A DNA stretch of 64,000 bases, taken from Octopus vulgaris. Lineage: Eukaryota. Below, piece after piece: positions 12,804 to 26,828 of this stretch. The translations under genes and the position numbers were made by a program. The stretch's first letter is position 1. Every line of letters starts with the position of its first letter. Location of the stretch: assembly GCA_951406725.2 (NCBI GenBank), contig OX597819.1, forward strand, positions 45,632,001 to 45,696,000. Reading direction: 5' to 3'. The notes beneath the pieces are model-generated. The model was not told the DNA's origin. It ran no database searches and worked only from the letters and a program-made list of their open reading frames with translations.

Positions 12804-13020
12804 CAGGGTTTCTGAACCGGGGCATAAAAGGTTTTGTTACTATTTATGTGCAATAAACTCATCCAATACAAAAAATATAACTATTTTTATACAATTCTTA
12901 ATAATATTCAATCGTAAAAATATAATAGGATTTTTTTAAACACCGAATGACTATGAGATTTCACTCGAGGAAAATAGAAATCAACGGGGTCCACAGGTAA
13001 AAAATCGTTAGGAATTACTG
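12804..13020. mobile_element. hAT (Charlie-like) MITE
   Basis: Degenerate TIRs cagggtttctgaacc / cgttaggaattactg. The 8-bp flanks ataccgag and atacagaa match at 6 of 8 positions, consistent with an hAT TSD. Confidence 0.6.
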
Positions 13021-14420
13021 ATACAGAATATTGTCGTTTAATTTCGGGTTTCATTCAACCCTGATCTGTTGTGAGAGTCATTCCTGCTGAGACTTCATGT
13101 ATTTAGGACTACATTGTCGAGTTCGTTCAACCTCACTTTTCTTTTAACAGTAGAGAGTCATTTGGGTGAGATCTAGCTGCTGGCTCTGTTTTTAATCAAT
13201 GGTGGATATATTCATCAAATTTGCTAATGGACTCGATACTATACAGGGGAGAAAAGGAAATTAGGAATATCCCTGAAAGAATCTTCCCTCACATAATGAT
13301 GCAAGTTGAGTCTTTAATCATATATTTGCCTTGCAGTAATATAGTTGTTTTCCATTTTGACATGGCATGGTTGATATACTATGTTAATATTGGCGCTGCT
13401 TTATTTATATTGGGTATCTCAAGAGTGTAGTAAGCTATCAACTCTTTTTTCGGTAATCGATCCATGCAATGCTATTTTGTGTTTTATATTTTATATTCTT
13501 GTCTCTTTGTTTTTTCCTCTGTCTCTCTGTCTCTCTGTCTCTCTCCCTCTCTGTCTCTCTCTCTCTCTCTCTCTCAATCTCTCTTTCTCTCCCTTCTCAG
13601 TCTTTTCAACGATTACTCGACTCACTGTTAGATGCTCTTTACAACTATATATTCCTTCTCTTCCTCTGGTAAGATGTTATTACTTTGTAGCTGAGCAACC
13701 AGGTTCTTATAGCGAATAGATGTCAGCGCTCTCTGTATGTTCCTATAAAACAAGTTATATATCCTTGGTTCTGAGATCTCATGTGTTTTTCCCTTTTGGC
13801 AATTAATGTTTTGCTTTTTTACCAGCCATTTACTTGTTTATTCTGGTCTGTTTATCAGAATATTCTTGTGCAACAGCGTTCATTGTATGCTGTTGCAGAA
13901 GTTCAATATTCTTGTACTTTAGTGGATGCTGGTGTTACAATCACTGTTATGTATGTTTTTTTTTATTTTGTTATCAGTCTTTGTAAGCATTCTGAATATT
14001 TGTTATAAAGATTTTGTTCTTACGAAATAAGGACTAATAGTTTTGGGGAGCGTATGACGGTAACTCGGTAACTTTGTAAGTATATTTTTGCTACCATCAA
14101 TGATTATGGCATACATGCAATAATTCTAATTTCACTTTATTAAATTATTTGGTGCTCATACAAGATGATAGATTGGATACTAATTACCAGACAAAATATT
14201 AATTTAAAATATAACTGAATAAAACAAATTTCTCGCTTGTATAACTCCTCTAATTACTCATTAATTCTCCCTCCTCCTCCCCTTTTTGTTACTATGCATC
14301 TTATGTGCACTCATCCTACACCAGTTATGTTCGGTCTCTCCGTAACACTCTTTTACTCTCTCGTTTTCTCTCTTTCTCTCGCTCACTCTGTATGTATATG
14401 CATATGTATGTATATATATA

Positions 14421-14635
14421 TTCTTTTTTCTTTTATTCTTTTATTTGTTTCCGTAATTTGACTGTGGCCATGCTGGAGCACCGCCTTTAGTCGAACAAAT
14501 GGACCCCATGACTTATTCTTTGTAAGCCTCGTATTTATTTTTCGGTTCCTCTTGCCGAACCGCTAGATAACGGGGACGTAAACACACCAGCAGCGGTTGT
14601 CAAGCGATGCTGGAGGGACAAACACAGACACACAA

Positions 14636-14724
<89 letters not shown>

Positions 14725-14882
14725 GACGGGCTTCTTCCAGTTTCCGTCTACCAAATCAACTCACAAGGCTTTGGTCGGACCGAGTATATAGTAGAAGACA
14801 TTTGCCCAAGGTACCACGCAGTGGGACTGTTCCCAGAACCATGTAGTTGGTAAGCAAGCTACGTACCACACAGCCACTCCTG
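14421..14882 (-). mobile_element. Full-length SINE family A with an expanded internal TA/TG tract
   Basis: The reverse complement is colinear with 49219-49631. Confidence 0.92.
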
Positions 14883-14963
14883 AATATATATGTATTTATT
14901 CATATATTCATGTATGTATAAATGTATATATATATATATCTTCATATCTTCATATATGTATGA

Positions 14964-15043
<80 letters not shown>

Positions 15044-15121
15044 ACGTATACGAGACTAGAGAAATACGAGTCAAGCAACGTGTCAACATTTATATATCAT
15101 GTATTATTATATCGAAATTAT

Positions 15122-15330
15122 AAGGCAGCGAGCTGGCAAAATCGTTACCGCATTCGGCAAAATGCTTAGCTACGTTTCGTCCGTCATTACTTCATGCAGT
15201 CAAATTCCACCGAGATCGCCTTAGCCTTTCATCATTTCGACATTGTTGAAATACCTACCATTTGAGCACCATAGTTGATGAAATCGACTTACACTTCGCG
15301 AAACGGATGAATTTGTGCCAGAATTTGAAT
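15122..15330 (+). mobile_element. SINE family B
   Basis: aaggcagcgagctggcaaaatcgtt..caaattccaccgagatcg..gcctttcatc, with an approximate TSD attatatcgaaatt / attatatagagatt. Confidence 0.8.
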
Positions 15331-15789
15331 CCATTATATAGAGATTGTTGTCTATGTTATCCATGGTTCGAAAAACATGCTTCCTTTCTTCGAAACCAAT
15401 TAGGTACATGTTGTAAAATATGCATGAATTTTTTAATCTCATTAAAAGAAAGGTGCGAATACCCGAAAAATATTTACAGATCCTAATATTTCTGTTTTGT
15501 GAGCATGCTCAATTTTGTCCTTAATCTGTCAGTACATATACACAAGTGGTTTTGTATAACTGCAAGTATGCTAAGTATAATGCGGATATTGACCACATTC
15601 TTCAAACACCATTTAACTCTACCAGTTCATATGTCACAAACAATGCACGATGACAACGATATTTGTGATATTGTATGAAATGTGGATGCACGTTTCAATA
15701 CATCAAGTAAAAAAAAAATCCTACTCTTCTATCATGAAGAGTATTGCTCAGATTTCTACATTCGGATTGAATTCGGGATCAAGTGGGCA

Positions 15790-15997
15790 GAATTTTGGCA
15801 CACGGCCAGCAATTTCTGGTGACGGCGTAAGTCGATTAAATCGGCCCCAGTATTCAACTGGTACTTATTTTATCGACCCCGAAAGGCCAAAAGGTAAATT
15901 TGACAGCGGCGGCATTCGAACTCGGAATGTAAAGTCGGAAGAGATGCTGTTAAGCATTTTTCACTGAACGGTAGCGATTCCGCCAGCTCACCGCCTT
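15790..15997 (-). mobile_element. SINE family B
   Basis: ctggtacttattttatcgaccccgaaagg..ccagctcaccgcctt. Confidence 0.85.
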
Positions 15998-16499
15998 TGT
16001 AGGCAGAAATATTAAACATTCATTAATGATTGCTTACCATGGCTAACGTATCTACTTTCGGTACATTTAATTTAGGTTTAGAATTTAGAATTCGAAACCC
16101 TATTCAAATTTCTTGTGAGAATTGCGTTGTTGCAGGTATTATTAGTTTCTCTTTTTACAAACGTAGTTAACATTTCTATTTACACAACTGTTATTTTATT
16201 GCACGTTCTCTATACATAATCGAACGCTAGTTGGTGTATATTGACTGCAGGTAGTATTTTGCGTGTTGTATAACTTTGCTTGTTAGAGGAAGGCAGCGCA
16301 TCCAGTTTTACTCTGTATTTGCAGGGCAGTTCTTTTCGTTCTGGACAACGCAGCAGCATCTAAGCAACGTTAGAATCAGGATAATGCAAGTAGTGAACAA
16401 TTTCAAAGAGCGTGTTCGATACTTTCGTCCGTTTCACTCTATCTAGGAAGTGTTTTCTTATTCCAACTGTCGTACTTCTACAGTTCATGATAAATAGAG

Positions 16500-16850
16500 A
16501 GTATACCACGCTTAAACATGCGAAGACATGGAAAACATTGAAATCAAAGTAGAACATTTTGCTATCTCTGAATCCACAATGACCTCAACAATGAAAATAT
16601 GAAAATTAATACAGCCCTGAGAAGATTAAAGACATTTGAAATAGATATAAGAAAAACTCAGTACTGAACGGGAAGATTAGGTTTTAAAAGGTTAGAACAA
16701 ATAGTTTTTAACCACGGTTTAAAAACAAAGCCTTCTTAATATCAGAATCACATATTTCTAGTTATCACGTCTAACTAAAAGAGAAGATACATGTAGGCAA
16801 AACGAAGTTAGAGCTTTCGTACAGAGGAAATATCGTAAGTATTATGACTT
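16500..16850 (+). mobile_element. Possible Tigger/pogo transposase N-terminal remnant
   Basis: HFAISESTMTSTMK resembles a psq-type HTH, followed by LEQIVF..LKEK resembling a CENP-B HTH. Heavily frameshifted. Confidence 0.35.
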
Positions 16851-17009
16851 ATGCACCTCATAGAGATGGTACTGACTAACATAAAAAATAATGTTCCAAA
16901 GAATGATAGAGTGATAATATTTTGCGATATGCGAATTCATAGAATCAAGGAGGTCAATGAAAATCAACCTGATTTTCTTGATCTTGATAATTTCTGCAAA
17001 TAATAGTTC

Positions 17010-17218
17010 CTGATTTTGGCACAAGGCCAATAATTTTCGGGGAGTGCGCAAGTCAACCACATCGACCCCATTCCTCAACAGGTGCTTATTTTATCGAACC
17101 CGAAAAGATGAAAAGCAAAGTCTGTCTCGGCTGAATTTGAAGTAAAATGTGAAGATGGACGTAATGCCACTAAGTATTTTATCCGGCATGCTAACGATTC
17201 TGCCAGCTCGCCGACTTA
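17010..17218 (-). mobile_element. SINE family B
   Basis: ggcacaaggcc..ttattttatcgaacccgaaaagatgaaaagcaaagtc..ctaacgattctgccagctcgccg. Confidence 0.85.
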
Positions 17219-17878
17219 GATTAAGAAAATAATATTTTTCTGAAAGAATGTAAAAAAGTTTCAAAGGTTAAATACGTAAGCATTGATAATTATCAATATA
17301 ATTATCATTCTGATTATAATCAGAATGCGACGTTCATAAACAAAAATAATTTTATAACTTTGAGAAAGATAATAAAAACAATTGTAGACGAACACATTAA
17401 ATAAATTCTAGGATTGTTGTGTAATATAATGAAAGAACCCTGCTAATAAGATACATTTTATATATCGCAATTTCAATGTTGTGCGACGAAAAAAAAAAAG
17501 GGGTAAAATTGCACACCTGTAGGGTACACAGAGTTACACAAACTTATGCCATAAAATTATGTAATGAAGAATTAATATTACTGAAATAATAGATATAATT
17601 GTGAAACATGACTTCTAGAAATAACGCAAATTCCAGTTTTACATATTAAATTTACGTATTAAATTTAGATATGCAGTTCGTCTTGTATATATGTGTTCAA
17701 GTATAACAGATTCTTGAGATTTCGTAGTGAGATGCTTAGGTTGATTGGAAATACGAACGTCTTTGAGTTGTCAAGATTACTATAAAAATGATTGAACGCG
17801 TTAAATATAATATAATATGAAAACATTATATCTATCTATATCTATATATATTTGTGCGCGCGTGTGTATGTTTGTGTG

Positions 17879-17935
<57 letters not shown>

Positions 17936-18203
17936 TAAAACATGTTGTTTAAAATGGTTCTATTTCAAATAGAAATCTTCGAAACAAAACAGAATTTAAA
18001 AAAAATAATAGATAATTCCGTAGAAACAAAATTAAAAATCAAGCCATATACATTTCCTCTGCCATATTTCTTTATCGGATTCAAGATTTAATACTGCGAT
18101 TTATATATATCTCCGTGGATTAATATACCTCTGTGCGAGTTTATCTCATGCAGGCTTTATGTTCTTCATTAATAAGATAGTAAAAATGAGATGGTGTAGG
18201 TTG

Positions 18204-18206
18204 CCT

Positions 18207-18238
<32 letters not shown>

Positions 18239-18297
18239 TTCTTCTTCTTCTTCATCATCATCTTCTTCTTCTTCTTCTTCTTCTTCTTCTTCTTCTT

Positions 18298-18328
<31 letters not shown>

Positions 18329-18384
18329 TTATTATTATTATTATTCTCCTCCTCTTCTTCCTGCTCCTCCTCCCCCTACTTCTT

Positions 18385-18431
<47 letters not shown>

Positions 18432-18437
18432 TATAAA

Positions 18438-18507
<70 letters not shown>
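18204..18507. repeat. Compound trinucleotide microsatellite (TCT)n-(TAT)n-(CCT)n-(CAT)n-(TAT)n
   Basis: Directly visible in the sequence. Confidence 0.95.
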
Positions 18508-19067
18508 TATCTACCTATTTATATTCAAATATTTTATCGAATTTATGATTTGATTTTTTTTTTAATTGTTTCATTTACTTGCAAATCTTTTCTATTTTGG
18601 TATTATGTCTGATTTTCCTATCTATATATTGATCTCGTTCTCTCTTTATGCATACATATGTGTATATATTTATATGTGTGCGTGTGTGTGTCTGTGCGCG
18701 TGTATTTCTGTTTGTATATATGTGCATGTGAATGGATGTGACAAAGTTGAACATGTAACCATGAATTAATTCTACTGATGAGATATTTCATTTTTAATCT
18801 AGATATTACAAAATATATAAAAAATGAAAAATATAAAGAGAAAAACAACGAAAAAATGCCATTCATATGATGTTCCAGATTTGAACAAATGGTAGTAGGG
18901 TACGTGTTAAGATAAATGTTAAGGATAAGATTTTTCAGGTTAGCAATATTTTCTAATCTTAAAAATCTTGCGCTGGGGAAATAATAATAAGTTAATGTCA
19001 ATCCATGAACGATGGGTAAATTTGGCTGTTCAAACACAATAACAATATATAGATACATATACTGACA

Positions 19068-19132
<65 letters not shown>

Positions 19133-19296
19133 GCTCACACACATGCACACATACATACATATATACTGAGGGATGGGAGAGACAAAAAGAGGAATAGTCT
19201 TTATATATAGATATATATATATATAGATATAGATGTAGATATATATTTATATTTATACACATGCACACGGTTATCTATATATATATCCCTATACAT

Positions 19297-19409
<113 letters not shown>

Positions 19410-19557
19410 GGATGGATGGATAGATGCATAGATAATCCCATGCAAGTGTGCATGTAAGTGTGTATGAATCCAGAGTAATTGAAACAGATATTGCAGGTTA
19501 AGTGAGTCACAATGATGTAACTATCCATAAAAATCCACTTTCGAATGTTTTAGTATA

Positions 19558-19605
<48 letters not shown>

Positions 19606-19928
19606 GAGAAATGTGTGTGTGAATGTATGCGTGTGTGTCAGAGTGTGTGTGTGTGAGTAACGTGCATGAGAAAAAATATATTTAATTCAATCAAAAAATA
19701 TTCAGTGACGTAGATAGTAGACATGTGTTGACATTAAATATCATTTCTGGTTGTAATTAGAATGAAATTTATTTCCAGTTTTTAATTAACATGATTAATT
19801 AAAGCTAAGTATAAAACCCGGGTGATGAGATGCAGTAGATATTTCCAAGATATATGCATTGGAATTGATAGCTGAGGCATAAATCTTCGTCACCTTCTTC
19901 TTCTTCTTCTTCTTCTTCTTCTTCTCCA

Positions 19929-19968
<40 letters not shown>

Positions 19969-20093
19969 TCTCATCTTATTTAGTTTTGTATTTTAGCCGA
20001 ACACTGGATTGACAACATCTGAATAGTGATGAAATACATTTAGCTGTGTACATTCGATACATACATATATATATGTGCGTGTGTGTGCGTGTA

Positions 20094-20138
<45 letters not shown>

Positions 20139-21639
20139 TAATATATATTCATTCATCCATGTATAAATATATGTATGTGTGTGTGAGTAAGAGAGTAAGA
20201 GAGAGACACTTACACACATATACACCTATACATACATACGCACGTAATCACATAGTGATGAATAGAGATGATTGAACATTACGTTGTTGAGTTTCAGTTT
20301 ATATCCAGGAATCCGTATTCTTTATCTAGCGTTATCCTTCTTCTATGATAAGTTGGTGAAGTTGTAGATTAGAGCCAAATCATACCCTTCCAAATAACCA
20401 TCTCGAATTCTACGAAAATTGAAATTCTAATCATTTGTTGATAATCTAAGATATTGTTGGGATGTTTCATCTCAAAAATGTTTCAGCGTCCATTGAGCAA
20501 TCCCTGGGAATTAGGCAAAGATTATTAAGTGTACTTATGTATATATATATATATGTATGTATGTATGTATGTGTGTGTGTGTGTGTGTGTACATACATAT
20601 GTGTGCGCGTGTTTGTGTATGTGTGCAAGGGCCGAATGACGCACACACTTTGAGAGGGAGACTTATTTATATAAATGTGTATATGTATGGATATGTATAT
20701 ATATATATGAATATATATGTATATATATATGTACATATAAGTATGTGTGTATGTGCGTGTGTGTGTGTGTGTGTATCTATGTGTGTATGTATACAAAATC
20801 CTTTATCGTTTAGTTAAACGAGGAAGGAAACTTCAACACCACGCTTCAACACCTCCATATCTACGGGTGAGCAAGGCAGCCAATTTTCCTGTAATAGTAA
20901 ACTTAGGCCTTGTGATATATGTTTGTTTCGACTCAAACACATCAACAACCTTGCTGTATTAAAATTCCATGTTAATCATAGATAGAAAAAGTATCTCGGA
21001 TTAAGTTTAACATGAAGGATAGGAAATATAATCTTAATAAACAATCCACTATGTTAGTGCTTATAAGACAAGGTTTTATTTGTTTGTTGTCATGGATTAG
21101 TGGAAGGATTAGGATCGCGTATTTTCTTTTTTCATAAGCTTATCTATTATGTATTGCTTACTGCAGTTTAATGATTATACTTCGACTTCAATTACTATCG
21201 AGGTAAAGCGTACTTTTATTCTTTGGAGGTGACTAGTCCAGTCCACTAGTCCTTTGGGGTCACTAGTCCAGCTGATTATTCTGCTTCCCTTTTCACTGTA
21301 TTTTACGTATAAATGAAAGACACAGTTCGTCACATTGTCACGCTAATCCCACTTAAGAACTTTAAATATAGATATATCCATAGAATACTCAGCCACTTGT
21401 AGATAATTCCATGTCTAGGAATTCAATGCGTTGAATAATAGATTGTTGGTAAAGCACCTGAGAACGATTTAGAATCCCCAATCAGGACAAGATGCAAAAA
21501 ACCACAACACCAGGTGGAATACATTATCAAAATATCACATTGCAGGGACCTAATGCATTCGTTGCTACGATGCAGAATCTGCCCCTACCAAATACCAGAT
21601 GTTTGTATCAACCACTGTTGGTTACAAATGACAATGAAC

Positions 21640-21815
21640 CTTAACGCTCGTGCCATAGATTGCGCAGCGTTGATTTATTTTTCTATGCAAAATCCGTTAG
21701 TTTCTCATACATTCAAATATCCATTCTCTTCTACACCAATGTTGTCTGCCAAAGCGTCGATATTCCTTGAAACCGGTGTCATAGGTGGGATTTCCGGGAC
21801 CAATACCAGAAGATA
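21640..21815 (-). mobile_element. Possible RTE-like LINE C-terminal remnant
   Basis: PPMT..IDALADNIGVE..MRN resembles the GRPxxTYxDxLxxDxG..MxxR end of RTE ORFs. Confidence 0.35.
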
Positions 21816-22487
21816 ACCACTGCCATGAATTGGTCCTTTATTTATCACTCTCCACCCCGCCCCAAATTGATGAAATTCAGAACTGACTTCGATTGGATTC
21901 GAACTCATGCTTAGAACAAATACTGCGTGGCGTTATCTTTCGAAACTTTAATGACTCTTCGAATTCACCATCATGAGGTCAGCGAAGGCAATAAATTAAG
22001 TCAACGGCGCAATAGCATATACAATACATTAAATTAAGTTTCACACCTTATCTCGCTAATTCCACTCACAATGTTTTAATCAATCTGAGGCTATTGCCAA
22101 AAAACATTAGCCTATGATTACATGAAATCAATAAATTGTTTCTATCTCGTCGTGATCTGTTACAAGTTTTAGGAGCTAACGTTTGAGCCACTAAATGTTC
22201 AGTAGATTTGTTACAAAGAGCAGCCAAATCTCCCTCAAATCATACACCACAAATGGCAGGACACAATGGACAATCTGCAATTACAAAACGACGTGATGGC
22301 TTTGATCTTTGATTGTAATACTTTTGATAAGAATGCTCGATTAAGACTAAAAATGTTTTTAAGCAAAACAAAGACGATTTGTCATTACTTTTCGTCTACT
22401 GCACTAATTTAACAATATGAAATTTAATTTAAACAACAAAAAAAACATAAAGTAGATCATACACACTTTTTCCTGACTCTACTACTG

Positions 22488-22772
22488 AAGTTAAATGGTG
22501 ATGACTTGGCAGAATCAATGATTAATGTGGTTGAGAGAAAGCCCTGCAGAAGTTATTCCCACCCTCTATGACTTGACTTCAAGTCTCATCGAGAATAACA
22601 GTATCTTTCTTCGTTTCGATTTCCCTACAAGTGAAGTTAAACGGTAGCTACTTGGCAAAATCAATGATTAATATGGCTGATAGAATGCCTTGCGGAACTT
22701 GTTCCGTCTCTCTATGTTCTGACTTCCAGTCTCATCGAGATTAACTGTAAGTTGCCTCGTTTCGGGTTCCCA
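22488..22772 (+). repeat. Tandem duplication (period about 146 bp) of a degenerate SINE B head
   Basis: gaagttaaa..cttggca.aatcaatgattaat..gtctcatcgaga..tcgtttcg occurs from 22488 and from 22634. Confidence 0.8.
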
Positions 22773-23184
22773 GATGCTGGGGTGGTTTCTTCTCTCTCTC
22801 GCCTTCTCTATTTCCTTCGCCCTCTATCAGGCATGTAATTGAACGGTCCGGCCTCGTCACATAAAGTCACATTTATTCACCCTAAGAATAGCATTAAGGA
22901 TACATGTGTGTGTAGTATACTCAACCATTTACAGTTAATTTCTTGTATAAGTATTCAGTTGATGAAGCATCTGAATGTTAGGGGACAAATAAGGCCGACG
23001 TAGAATCCACAATTAGCACCGCCAAGGAATATTCAAGGATAGAGGTTACAAGTGAATATCAGTGACATGATACCAAAGCCATTTCTTATAACGTTATTGA
23101 AACCCAATCAGTAGAAGGTTAAATATAATGTATATTTATTGCTCATTAAACACGGCCCCGATGTATTGCTAATATTGATTTTAA

Positions 23185-23390
23185 ATTTTCGCACAAGGCC
23201 AGCAAGTTTAAGGGAGGGGTAATTCGATTACATCTACACCGACACTCAAATGGTACTTATTTCACCGACCCCTTAACGATGAAAAGTAAAGTGGATCTCG
23301 GCGGAATTTCAACTCAGAAAGTGAAAACAGACAAAATGTCGCTAAGTATTTTGCTAAGTGTACTAATGATTCTGCCTGCTCATCGCTTTG
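23185..23390 (-). mobile_element. SINE family B
   Basis: gcacaaggccagcaa..tggtacttatttcaccgacccc..ctcggcggaatttcaactcag. Confidence 0.8.
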
Positions 23391-23589
23391 TATATTTGGT
23401 AATATTAGTGTCATTGATGTTGATGTTTTTGTTCTCTAATCATAAGTCAACGCTAATCGAGATAACTTATCAATCAAAGAGACCCTATTTGAATATGCTG
23501 TTTTTCTTATTACTTAATCTCAAATGTGTCTTCAATTTTAAAACCACAAAAGAGGATGAATGAAAGAGATTTAACGGTTATACTAGCAT

Positions 23590-23845
23590 TTTGCACTACC
23601 ACAAAAACGTTCACTGACCAAGTGGCAGTGTTCCATCACCATCAGAGCTAAAAAAAACAAACTTCAAAGCCACCGGGGGAGAAAGGGAAGAAATCAAACG
23701 ACAAGGCAGAAAGGCTCTCTAAACTTAACCTCGTCTTCCACCAGCATTGCCATGCAGTCAATGCCGTTCTTCTATACAAGACTTGATCTACAGAGTGATC
23801 ATGATCAACGGCATCGCCATAAAGGATACGTTCCGCCAAGAAGAA
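23590..23845 (+). mobile_element. Degraded RTE LINE 3' end
   Basis: KWQCSI..EEIKRQGRKA..PCSQC..TRLDLQS (decayed C-terminal finger), then the tail ccaagaagaa. Confidence 0.45.
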
Positions 23846-23969
23846 TAAATTCTTGGATACGAGATATAGCCGACGACGATTTCGGTTAGAATATAGTTTC
23901 TAAGTCTATATCTCAAAGAAGACGATAAAAGAAATTTATGAACTGTTACGTACGTTAATCACTCTGTTG

Positions 23970-24180
23970 AGAGGCAGTTATTACTAAACAGGCGCCTTAT
24001 ATAAAAGAAGAGTAAACGCGTATTTGTTCCGGCTCTTTGCATTCTGGGTTCAAAACTCGCTGAGGTCATCTTTGTCTTTCATCCTTCCTGGTTCAAGAAA
24101 ATAAAGTATCAGTGGAGTACTGAAGATGATGTAATCGATTGCACACTTTCTCTTGAATTCGAGAACACGTGTCTATGTAA
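23970..24180 (+). mobile_element. Degenerate SINE family B
   Basis: ttctgggttcaaaactcgctgaggtc..tttcatccttcc..aaataaagtatcagt..gatgtaatcga. Confidence 0.65.
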
Positions 24181-24254
24181 TATATCATTGTTAACATTAT
24201 CAATGTTATAATGTTTTATTACGTGACTTAATTACATAATTTAGCATCTTGTGT

Positions 24255-24445
24255 AAAGCCGGAAGAGCAGCACATATGAATATTTTCAGGGTATCCAAAA
24301 CTATAAAGAGAAATAGAATGTTATGTTCAGACAAGAAATCTAGACAACTTGTTGGCAACAGAGTGGCCTCCACAAATGGAGCCGCAAGAAAGATGGCGGT
24401 GCTAAACCGTGCGACGGCGGCTAGGCTTAAACACGTAATTAACAC
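24255..24445 (+). promoter_or_regulatory. Candidate promoter or first-exon island (ETS and YY1 motifs)
   Basis: A locally CpG-rich unique stretch with gccggaag (about 24258) and aagatggcgg (24390-24399), whose ATG opens MAVLNRATAARLKH followed by gtaatt. Motif evidence only. Confidence 0.25.
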
Positions 24446-24605
24446 TGTTTTACAAAGATAACATACGAAACTAAAAATTATGAAATAGAAAGCAATCAAA
24501 GAAAAGAACTGGGGTGAAAAGAAAAATTAGAATAACATAAACACATTATGCTATTTTCAGATTTTCTAATATACAAAAAGATATACATACATACATACAC
24601 ACACG

Positions 24606-24644
<39 letters not shown>

Positions 24645-25114
24645 GCACACATATCTATGTATATATGTATATAGTTGTATATGTGTATGTGCATATATAT
24701 ATATGTGTATGTATGTATATATATATATATTATATGAATGTGATGTTTAACGTAAACATTAAAATCAAACAAAGAAAAAAATTAGAAAAAACGGTAGAAA
24801 ACAAACAGGAAACAAACCTCGCAATTCCCTTGATACGGGAATAGATTACCTCCTGTACATGAAGTTATATAAATATATATACACAGATAAAATAACAGCA
24901 GCCAATAGATTTACAAAGCTCGTTTGTTTTAATATCCTAAAACGATTGATATATTCCCTCACCTTACTCCCATATATTTCTATCTCACTCACTCACTCTT
25001 TGCCTCTTTCAATGTACATTTTTTCAAAAAATTTCTCTGCCATTTTCATTCCGTCTCTCTCGCCTACTCTTGTTCACTCTGTGTGTAAACATACCTAAAT
25101 AAGTATATATATAT

Positions 25115-25165
<51 letters not shown>

Positions 25166-25898
25166 AACTCAAGCATAAGTTTCTCTCTCTCTCTCTCTCT
25201 CTTTCTTGTTCTGTTTCTCTGTTTCTTCTTTCTCCTTTACACACAGAACCCAAACAAACATTACCATAATCTCTTTGAGAATAAGTTTTAAGTATTCTGC
25301 ACTCAACACTGTTATTAATTAATACTACCGACCAAATATCACCGCCGACATCGCCACCACGAACAGCAGCAGCAACAACAACAACAACACCACCACCATC
25401 ACCACCAACAACAACAACCACCGAGGCGAGACTATTATCTATAATACAACATGCCATGGTTTCAACTACTGACGTCTAGTTGATAAATTGCAAAGAAAGG
25501 CACGTACAACAGAAGTCAAGGAGAACTATAAAAACAAACGTTGATATGTAAAGTTTCCAATGTTACAATGAACGTCCCTGAAGTAGTGGAGTGAAGGAGT
25601 ATCTTCTGTTACAACAAATGGCCTCCTTCTTTTTGAGCGGTGCATTACAGGCATAGAGCGGCAGAGCAAAGTAACTTTAGTATATAACGCAGAGCACACA
25701 ATATAGTAAGTGTTTGGCCGATGTTGTATGTTATTGTATGTTCTATGATAGGAAGCCAAAACCGACTTATCTTTCGTTGTACAGTAATGCACTATGTACG
25801 GCTATACGGATATGTGTACTTCTTACCCCCTTCTCAAAATCTCTGCCTTCCCTCTCTCTCTTTCATTCCCACTCATCCACTCTCTCCCCCTCTGTATG

Positions 25899-25949
<51 letters not shown>

Positions 25950-26019
25950 GTATATATACATACATATACATATATATATGTATATATATATGTATGTATG
26001 TGTGTATGTATGTATTATT

Positions 26020-26746
26020 ATATTAGAACGTTTAAATACCTTTATAGTTCCAAATATGGTGCCTGAGTTTCAATGTGGGCTTCGCTCCTCCAGAGGCAGA
26101 GTTGACTGTATCTTTACTAACAGACACTTGAAGAAAAAGTGCAGTGAACAGAATCTTGTCCTATACCACTGGTTTGTTGATTTGAGCAAAGCATTCGATA
26201 CTGTTAATCGAAATACTCTGAGGCGAATTCTATAGAAAAATAGGTTGCCCAGAAAAAATTTGTAAACATGATCAGGGCTTTGCATCAAGATATGAACGCT
26301 AGGTAGGTTCTCTGAATTCTTTGCCGTGGAAAGTAGAATAAAGCAAGGAGACATTTATGCATGCATCCTCTTCGCAATATACTTTGCTGTTGTGCAGTCA
26401 CACGCTTTTCAAAACTACGAGGAGGGTACTGACATAAAATATCGAACAACAGGCAATGTTTTTAATCTGACCAGACTGAAATTTAAAACAAAGGTTTTTA
26501 CTTCTCTCATTACGGAACTGTGGTACCCTGACGATAGCGACCTAGTCAGTTATTCTGAAACAGGCCTGCAATCCATTGTATCTGCATTTGACTCAGGTGG
26601 TAATGATTTTTGCTTGACCATCAACTTGAAAAAGACAGTTTTAATGTATCAACCTGCACGTGGTGCTGTTTGTAGCCCCACTAAAACTTTTGTTAAGAGT
26701 AAGTTATTTTCGGTCGTTGATTCTTTCATCTACCTTGGAAGCTCTG
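26020..26746 (+). mobile_element. RTE-clade (BovB-like) LINE reverse transcriptase fragment, pseudogenised
   Basis: [44 protein letters not shown] (YADD-like), LTINLKKT, FIYLGS. Contains stops and a frameshift, and is embedded in (TA)n. Confidence 0.92.
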
Positions 26747-26776
26747 TATATATCTATATATATATACAGATCTTCC

Positions 26777-26828
<52 letters not shown>

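Noticed and set aside
18159-18548. Poly-S/P/H/Y ORF resembling a low-complexity transcription factor segment
   Set aside because: It is entirely a compound trinucleotide repeat with no domain or splice context.
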